This document shows positions 57,490-64,000 of a DNA stretch of 64,000 bases, piece after piece (position 1 is the first letter of the stretch; every line of letters starts with the position of its first letter). The notes under the pieces were generated by a model. The model saw only the letters and a list, made by a program, of their open reading frames with translations, did no database searches and was not told the DNA's origin. The position numbers and the translations under genes were made by a program. The DNA is from an uncultured bacterium (GTDB taxonomy: Bacteria > Auribacterota > Erginobacteria > Erginobacterales > Erginobacteraceae): positions 128,001 through 192,000 of the forward strand of contig CAWGIE010000010.1 of NCBI GenBank assembly GCA_963822585.1. Reading direction: 5' to 3'.

Positions 57490-58404
57490 TTATTCTCCGG
57501 CGGCCTTCCCGGACGCTCCGGCCGGCGCCGTGTCGCCCGGCAGGAGAAAACGGAAGAGATCGGAGTCGAGGGAGAGGATCAGGGTAGTCTCCCGCCCGAT
57601 GATCTTGCGGTAGGTATCGAGGGAATCCAGGAAGTCGAAGAGTTCCGGGGCCTGGCTGTACGCTTCACCGCGGATCCTGATCGCTTCCTTGTCACCCTCT
57701 CCTTTCGTGATCTCGGCGTCCCGGTTGGCCTCGGCCCGTATCCGGGATGCCTGCATGTCCGCCTCCGCCTCGATCTTGGCCGCCGCCTCCCCGCCTTCCG
57801 CGCGATATCTCTTGGCTTCCTTCTCCCGGTCCGACTTCATCCGGTTATAGACGGCCTCGGCCACGATGGTGGGGTAGGTAATGCGGCGGATCCCGAGATC
57901 GACCACGTTCAGCCCGTACTGGTCCCGGGCCTGTTCATTGCACTCCCGGAGGATCCGTTCCTCAATCTCGTTCAGCTTGACTTTCTCCGGATCGATGTTG
58001 ATGATCTGGGAGAGAGTGTAATCTCCCAGCACGTTCTCCAGACGGGCATTGACCATATCGCCCAGTTTCTCTTCGGCGGTACCGGAGGTCCCCAAGGCCT
58101 GGAAAAAGACCAGGGGGTCGTTTATCTGCCAGCAGACGTAACAGGTCATGATGATCGGGTTCTGGTCTTCCAGGAGAAGCTGGATCGGGCGTGATTTGAA
58201 AACGTGGATCCTTTTGTCCAGGTAATTGATTTTTTCCAGAAAGCCGGGAAGCTTCCAGTGCCAGCCCGGTTCCCGTTCAATCCGGACCGGATCGCCGAAC
58301 CGGGTGACGATGGCGATCTCTTTCTCATTGACGGTAAATATGCTCAGGGCGCCCAGGATGATCAGGATGCCCAGGATGATGAGAAGCAAGGTGAACTTTT
58401 TCAT
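57490..58404 (-). CDS. hflC: HflC-like SPFH protein
   Basis: IVTRFG.P, VY.RMKSDR...A..YRAEG, GEGD.EA. Confidence 0.88.
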   Translation of the reverse strand: MKKFTLLLIILGILIILGALSIFTVNEKEIAIVTRFGDPVRIEREPGWHWKLPGFLEKINYLDKRIHVFKSRPIQLLLEDQNPIIMTCYVCWQINDPLVFFQALGTSGTAEEKLGDMVNARLENVLGDYTLSQIINIDPEKVKLNEIEERILRECNEQARDQYGLNVVDLGIRRITYPTIVAEAVYNRMKSDREKEAKRYRAEGGEAAAKIEAEADMQASRIRAEANRDAEITKGEGDKEAIRIRGEAYSQAPELFDFLDSLDTYRKIIGRETTLILSLDSDLFRFLLPGDTAPAGASGKAAGE

Positions 58405-58476
58405 GGTGTCCTCTTTTAAACTGCGAATGACGTGAATGTGATCTTGAACATTTAGATCGAGCTTATTTGAATAGCT

Positions 58477-58698
58477 CGTAAGCTCTCAAATCCTAATATC
58501 TTCAGCCAAAGGCTGATCCGCCTCTGGAGGAAAATACTAAATCCTAAATAATATCAAATGACCAAAACTAAAAAATCCAAAACAATGGGGCTAAAACCGG
58601 CGATATTCGAAACATTTGATCATTTGGATTTTGGATTTATTTAGGATTTCGAAATTAGGATTTAGGATTTCCTGCTCGAAATCCCTTTCGAGCAGGGT
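58477..58698. repeat. ~220 bp dispersed palindromic element, copy 2
   Basis: Homologous to 51948-52174. Confidence 0.9.
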
Positions 58699-58706
58699 AT
58701 AGTTCA

Positions 58707-60449
58707 TTAGAACTGGCTGTCCAGAAAGACCGGTTTGCCTTTCTTCATCCAGATCTCCGGGGTTCCCGCCGCCGGATCGACGAGCACGAGCGATTTATCG
58801 GCCAGCGCCTCCTTGATCGTTTCCCGGTAGAGAAATGCGCGGGCGATCTCGGGATGCTCCTGGATGGCCGCCACCCGATCGGTGAAGCGGCTGGCGTCTC
58901 CGGCCGCGTTTTCTTTTTTATCCGTGACGTACGATTGTGCCTGCATCACGGTTCTGGCCGCCTGGCCCCGGGCTTCCGGGATCGAGCTGTTCCGGTATCC
59001 CAGCGCCTGGTTGATCTTCTCCTCTTTCTCCTGCACCGCCGCGATGACCTGTTCATAGGAATCGGCAACGGAAACGGGAGGATGGATATCCTTGGTGTTG
59101 ACGGAGACGATCTCCAGCCCCGACCGGAGCCGGTCCAGCTCTTTCTGCACCTCCCCCTTGACCCGATTCTCCATCGGCACCCGGTAGCTGGTGACGATCT
59201 CGGCGAAAACCCGGGTGGAGAATATCTCCGTGATCAGCCGATCGGCCGCGTTCTGGAGAAGCTCCTCCGGCTTCCGGAAGCTATAGGCGTAGTTGAAGAT
59301 GTTCTTGACCCGGTAATGAAGCACCAAATACGGATAGAAGAAATAATTTTCGGCCGAGAGGAATGATTCCTCCGATCCATGCGGCTTGGTCCAGAGAAGA
59401 GCGATCGCCCGGGGATCGGAGGTATTGCCGATGTTCATTCTCCGGATCGATCGGGAGTCGATTTTGATGATCTTTTCCAGGGGCCAGGGCAGTTTCGCGT
59501 GCAACCCCGGTTCCAGGGGCGCTCCCCGGTTGACGACTCTGCCCAGCCGTTCCCGGATGCCTTCCTCGGAGGGGCCGATCACCGTCAGGCAGCTGAGCAT
59601 GACGGCGGCCAGGACGCCCAGAATGAGGGCGGCGAGGGCGCACCGGCGCAGCCGGAGCCGGAATCCGGGGGCCAGCCGGTCCCAGTTGACGGTCCGGCTG
59701 AGGCGTTGCAACAGATCTTGCCAGGTCCGCATATCCAGAGCGCCCGCCAGCAGTCCGACCGCGACCCGGTCTTTCCAGCCGGCCCGGCCGTGGAGGGACC
59801 ACCAGAAATTGACGAAGGTCTCCAACGAGAAGGAGAGGATAAAAACAATAACGATGACCGCCCCGATCTTGTCGATATTGATCCCCAGTTGATTGATGCC
59901 CAGCTGGAGAGCGATCATGGCGGTGCCCGCGACCAGGGAACCGATCATGTCCGCTTTCGAGTGCAGTCCGTCGGCGATCAGACCCGGCGAATTTTCCCTC
60001 TTCCCGATCCTGATCTCGAAGACGGAGACGATAAAAGAGCAGACGGCGAAGAAAAGAAAGAAAAGGCCGAAGAGGAAGGGGGAGGTAATAGGGGAGGGGG
60101 GGGAGTAAAGCACCTTGTGGACAACCCCGGCGGCCGCGGCCAGGATGATGCAGCCGATGGCGAGTGATATCCATTTCTCAAAGGTCAGATTCTTCCAGTC
60201 GATCCTCCCCCTCGGGGGAGAAGAGCCCTGGTCCGGATTCGTCTTCTTCGGCTGGGGAGAAGGAAACTGCTCCGATCGCGGGGAGACCGAGAAATAGACC
60301 AAAAGCGAGGTGATCACGTCGGTGAGACTATGCCAGGCCTCCGCCAGGATGACCAGGCTGCCGCTGGCGGCGGCGAGAACGAATTTCAGGACCGTGAGCA
60401 GGAGATTTAACAGCGTGGAGACGGCGGCTGTTTTCTGCTTCACATTCAT
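58707..60449 (-). CDS. Cation-efflux (CDF) TM domain fused to an HflK-like SPFH domain
   Basis: AWHSLTD and GLHSKAD (HxxxD) motifs; PGLH.KLPWP and DIHPP..V. Confidence 0.85.
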   Translation of the reverse strand: MNVKQKTAAVSTLLNLLLTVLKFVLAAASGSLVILAEAWHSLTDVITSLLVYFSVSPRSEQFPSPQPKKTNPDQGSSPPRGRIDWKNLTFEKWISLAIGCIILAAAAGVVHKVLYSPPSPITSPFLFGLFFLFFAVCSFIVSVFEIRIGKRENSPGLIADGLHSKADMIGSLVAGTAMIALQLGINQLGINIDKIGAVIVIVFILSFSLETFVNFWWSLHGRAGWKDRVAVGLLAGALDMRTWQDLLQRLSRTVNWDRLAPGFRLRLRRCALAALILGVLAAVMLSCLTVIGPSEEGIRERLGRVVNRGAPLEPGLHAKLPWPLEKIIKIDSRSIRRMNIGNTSDPRAIALLWTKPHGSEESFLSAENYFFYPYLVLHYRVKNIFNYAYSFRKPEELLQNAADRLITEIFSTRVFAEIVTSYRVPMENRVKGEVQKELDRLRSGLEIVSVNTKDIHPPVSVADSYEQVIAAVQEKEEKINQALGYRNSSIPEARGQAARTVMQAQSYVTDKKENAAGDASRFTDRVAAIQEHPEIARAFLYRETIKEALADKSLVLVDPAAGTPEIWMKKGKPVFLDSQF

Positions 60450-60700
60450 TTATAAATTAGCTCCTTTCAGTCGCTAATTTATGTGGACCCCCGACTGAAT
60501 CAGTGGGGGTCTGTTATTTAAAAAACAATTAATTTCTTGAAGGCAACGTTATAAAAGGTATTTTTTACCAAAGCCGACATCCAGAATCAAGGGCATACGG
60601 TAGGGAGTGTACAAATAGATTCATATATTGTTTTCAAATAAAATTATTATACTATACGCTGAAATCGATGTTGAACAATTAATAATTTGGGGTTCATTGC

Positions 60701-61558
60701 GTGTTCTCATACTGGTTATTACTGTTAATGCGGAGGCTGATCTGTCTGCTCCCGATCCGGGTTGCCCGGTTTTTGGGTCGCTTATTGGGGGAAACCGCGT
60801 ATTATTTTGATTGGAAGCATAGAAGTATCGCCCTTGCCAATCTGCGCCGGGCTTTTCCGGATCGTCCGGCGGACGAACTGCGTCGCCTGGGCCGCCGCTC
60901 CTTCGGCCAGCTGGGCTTTAACCTGGTCGAGACGCTGGCCGTCCCAGCGTTCGTCAGCCGGGGCTGGCGCCGCTGCTTCGATCTCCGGGGAGAGGAGAAC
61001 GTGCGGGAAGCCTTCCGGCGGGGAAAGGGGATCATTTTCGTCATCTCTCATTTCGGCAACTGGGAGTATCTCGGGTTCATGCCCCGCCTGCTCTCCTTCC
61101 GCGGCGCCGCGGTCGGGCAGAAGATAAAGAACCCGGCCGTGGACGGGATGATCAGGGACCTGCGCGAGTTGATCGGCCTGGAACTTTTTTCGAAACGGGA
61201 GGTCGTCTCCGGGATGACCGGGTATCTGGCAAAAAACGGAGCGGTAGCCATCCTGGCCGATCAACGGGCCCGGCAGATGAGCGTGGAGGTCGAGTTTTTC
61301 GGGCATCCGGCCCCGACCACGGCCGCCCCGGCGGTTTTGGCCTTGAAAACAGGCGCCGCTTTGATCCCGGTGTTTATCTATTTCCAGCCCGGCGGCCGCT
61401 ATCAGGTGGTCTTCGAACGGGCGATCGAGATGAAAGAGCGGCTCCCCGTGAAAAAGGCGGTCCGGGAACTGACACAACGCTTTACCGCCGTCTTTGAAGA
61501 AAAGATCCGCGAGCGACCGGAACTCTGGTTCTGGGTCCACCGGAGGTGGGAGAAATAA
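60701..61558 (+). CDS. lpxL: Lipid A late acyltransferase (LpxL/HtrB family)
   Basis: HFGNWE, LADQ, FFG, PE.W.W.HRRW. Confidence 0.9.
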   Translation: MFSYWLLLLMRRLICLLPIRVARFLGRLLGETAYYFDWKHRSIALANLRRAFPDRPADELRRLGRRSFGQLGFNLVETLAVPAFVSRGWRRCFDLRGEENVREAFRRGKGIIFVISHFGNWEYLGFMPRLLSFRGAAVGQKIKNPAVDGMIRDLRELIGLELFSKREVVSGMTGYLAKNGAVAILADQRARQMSVEVEFFGHPAPTTAAPAVLALKTGAALIPVFIYFQPGGRYQVVFERAIEMKERLPVKKAVRELTQRFTAVFEEKIRERPELWFWVHRRWEK

Positions 61559-61562
61559 CCTG

Positions 61563-61773
61563 ACCCTACTCGAAAAGTGTTTCGATCAGAAAATCCTAAA
61601 TCCTAATATCGAAATCCTAAATAAATCCAAAATCTAAATGATCAAATGCTTCAAATATCGCCGGTTTTAGCCCCATTGTTTTGGATTTGTTAGTTTGGGT
61701 CATTTGATATTATTTAGGATTTAGTATTTTCCTCCAGAGGCGGATCAGCCTTTGGCTGAAGATAGTAGGATTT
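61563..61773. repeat. ~220 bp dispersed palindromic element, copy 3 (inverted)
   Basis: Reverse complement of most of 58477-58698. Confidence 0.9.
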
Positions 61774-61807
61774 TTAATGCATCATCAGACCTAAAATGAC
61801 GGCTTGT

Positions 61808-62857
61808 ATGAAATATAACTGTAAGAATATTCTGATTCGTGTACCTAACTGGTTGGGGGACAATATATTTACGCTCCCCGCCGTGCGTGAACTCCGGCGG
61901 CTTTTTCCCGCCGCCCGTCTGACGGTGCTGGCCTCCACCGGACTGGCCCCTCTCTGGGATCTGGTGGAAGAGGTGGACGGTAGTATCGCCTACGACCTGA
62001 GGGGCGGGGCGCGCGACCTGAAGAAAAAGCTGGATCTGATCAGGGTCCTGCGATCCCGGAGGTTCGACCTGGCGGTTATCTTTCCCCGGTCGTTCGAATC
62101 CGCTCTCTGGGTCCGCCTGGCCGGGATCCCCCGCCGATGGGGTTACGCCGAGGAAGGACGGTCGTTCCTCCTGACCCGGGGAGCCGTCTCCCCGCGCGGT
62201 TACCGGCACACCCCCCGGATCGATTACTACTATCACCTCATTGACGATTGCGAGAGCGATGATCCGGCCCCCCCGGGGGTCCTGGAAATCTCCCCCGAAC
62301 TTCTCGCCCGGGTCCGGGAAAAGCTTTCGGCGACTGGCGGCGACGGGATGGAGGAAAACCTGGCCGGTTTCCATCCCCTGGCCAGCTACGGTCCGGCCAA
62401 GTGCTGGCCGCTGCAAAAATTTATCCGGCTGGCGCGTCTGCTGGTGAAGGAAAGAGGCATGCGCGTTCTCCTTTTTGGATCGGGGGGGGAGCGGGAATTG
62501 CTGCAGGAGGCGGCCGAAACCGCCGGTCCGGGCGTTATCAACCTGGTGGGGCGGACGGACCTGAAAGAACTGGCCGCCCTGATCAGCCTCTGCCGGGTAT
62601 TTGTGGCCAACGATTCCGGTCCACTTCACCTGGCGGCCGCTCTCGATGTGCCGGTTGTCGGTCTCTATGGCTCCACCGATCCGGCGGCCACCGGTCCCCG
62701 GGGGAGGATGACCCGGATCATCTATAAAGATGCCGACTGCAGCCCCTGTTTGAAAAGAACGTGCTCGACCGATTTTAGGTGCATGGAAGAGATCACACCG
62801 GAAGAAGTGATGCGGGAAATGGATTTACTGCTCGCTCAACATGAAGGGAGTTCCTAA
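61808..62857 (+). CDS. waaF: LPS heptosyltransferase II
   Basis: PNWLGD, YGPAK.WP, NDSGPLHLAAA, C.PCL...C. Confidence 0.92.
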   Translation: MKYNCKNILIRVPNWLGDNIFTLPAVRELRRLFPAARLTVLASTGLAPLWDLVEEVDGSIAYDLRGGARDLKKKLDLIRVLRSRRFDLAVIFPRSFESALWVRLAGIPRRWGYAEEGRSFLLTRGAVSPRGYRHTPRIDYYYHLIDDCESDDPAPPGVLEISPELLARVREKLSATGGDGMEENLAGFHPLASYGPAKCWPLQKFIRLARLLVKERGMRVLLFGSGGERELLQEAAETAGPGVINLVGRTDLKELAALISLCRVFVANDSGPLHLAAALDVPVVGLYGSTDPAATGPRGRMTRIIYKDADCSPCLKRTCSTDFRCMEEITPEEVMREMDLLLAQHEGSS

Positions 62858-62885
62858 ATTTCCGACTGAAAGGAGATAATTTATA

Positions 62886-63314
62886 ATGGAGATAGAAACA
62901 TTTGTTCTCTGTGACGCGGCAACGGACTACCGGGGAAAATTGAACCTGCTGGGAACGTTCGATACCATCTGGGGCGCCCGGCTGCCCGTGATCTGGCCGC
63001 ATTGCGCTCTGGCTCTTCGGGTTCGTTTCTCCCGGATCGAGGAAGGGGAGCATCGGGTCCGGATCACTTTTATCGACGAAGACGGTTCCGCCGTTCTTCC
63101 TCCGCTGGACGGCGGGGTCCGGGTAACGTTCGGACCCGGGGCCGCGACCGTGGCCACCAATCTGATCCTGAACATGGAGCGGGTCCGGCTGGAAAAACCG
63201 GGGGAGTATTCCATTTCCCTGGCCATCGACGGCCGGCAGGAACGAACTCTGCCCCTCTACCTCCGTCTGCGGGAGGGAGAACAGGTGAAGGAAGCTCAAA
63301 GTGAAGAGGAATGA
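62886..63314 (+). CDS. DUF6941-like hypothetical protein
   Basis: LCDAA....GKLN.LG.FD; PGEY. Confidence 0.75.
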   Translation: MEIETFVLCDAATDYRGKLNLLGTFDTIWGARLPVIWPHCALALRVRFSRIEEGEHRVRITFIDEDGSAVLPPLDGGVRVTFGPGAATVATNLILNMERVRLEKPGEYSISLAIDGRQERTLPLYLRLREGEQVKEAQSEEE

Positions 63315-63344
63315 AGTACCGATTGGGAACTTTAAAAATAATAA

Positions 63345-63595
63345 TGTAGTATCGTCCTTTCGCTTCGCTGCCCTTCGGCAAGCTCAGGGTCCGCGACAGG
63401 ACTTGTAGGATCAGAATGCCTCCGGCATTCTTTGTAGGAATTGTAGGATCGCTTACCGCCTGCCTGGCGGCCGGCAGACGCTTGCATTTTAGCAAGCCTT
63501 ACCGTAGGCAAGGCGATACTGCATCTACTACAAGTCCTGAACGAAGTGAAGGACGATCCTACATAAATTTGCGAGCGCAGCGAGCTAATTTATTT
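63345..63595 (+). repeat. ~225 bp palindromic dispersed element, copy 2
   Basis: Homologous to 10377-10601. Confidence 0.9.
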
Positions 63596-64000
63596 ATGCA
63601 GGTCCCACGGAAAATTCTGATCGTCAAGCTGGGTTCGATCGGGGATGTGGTCAACACATTGCCGTTTGTCAATGCCGTCAAGGCCGCGCGGCCGGAATGG
63701 CAGCTCGGCTGGCTGATCGAGCCGAAATCCTTCCCCATCGTCGAGGGGCACCCGGCCGTGGACCGGTTTATTGTTTACAAAAGAGGGGAGGGGGTCACCG
63801 CCGTCCGTCAGGCACTGGCGGAGATCAAAAGTTTTCAGCCGGACCTGGTGATCGATCTGCAAAGAATACTGCGGTCCGCTTTTTTTACCGCCCTCTCCGG
63901 TTGCCGGGAACGTCTGGGCTTCGACCGTAAACGGTGCAAGGAACTCTCCTGGTTTTTCACCAACCGGAAGATCCTCCCCCGTGATCCCGGAGGGCACATG
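63596..64000 (+). CDS. Glycosyltransferase family 9 (heptosyltransferase-like), runs off the window end
   Basis: MQVPRKILIVKLGSIGDVVNTLP...DLVIDLQ; missing from the ORF track because there is no stop in the window. Confidence 0.9.
   Translation, partial: MQVPRKILIVKLGSIGDVVNTLPFVNAVKAARPEWQLGWLIEPKSFPIVEGHPAVDRFIVYKRGEGVTAVRQALAEIKSFQPDLVIDLQRILRSAFFTALSGCRERLGFDRKRCKELSWFFTNRKILPRDPGGHM

Overview
GC-rich window from a Gram-negative (LPS-making) bacterium with three parts. (1) 1-18.0 kb: rplM-rpsI, then a co-oriented argC-J-B-D-G-H / lysA-dapF-dapA-dapB-dapL / folK-panB-panC cluster. (2) About 18.1-44.1 kb: an accessory island that reads as an integron-like cassette array with no integrase in the window. 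It has a dozen or more attC-like sites, TA modules, a Trk K+ operon with a two-component system, and several defence-like cassettes (CHAT/caspase-like, AlbA_2/Schlafen, kinase-3-gene, Mrr-REase+HK+REC, type IIG RM, ATPase, TOPRIM). It is punctuated by 4 long plus 1 truncated copies of a ~310 bp non-coding module ending in a sigma70 promoter and an attI-like site. (3) 44.1-64 kb: transport and membrane-proteostasis genes (htpX, lemA, hflK/hflC, a CDF-SPFH fusion) and lipid A/core genes (waaA, lpxK, lpxL, waaF, GT9). Most intergenic gaps in parts 1 and 3 hold palindromic elements built from 7-9 nt tandem units. Six genes have a conserved AT-stem GNA-loop hairpin 2 nt before their ATG. argD and htpX each carry an apparent +1 frameshift. 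No rRNA, tRNA or CRISPR array seen. Protein family calls come from motif recognition by eye, not database searches.
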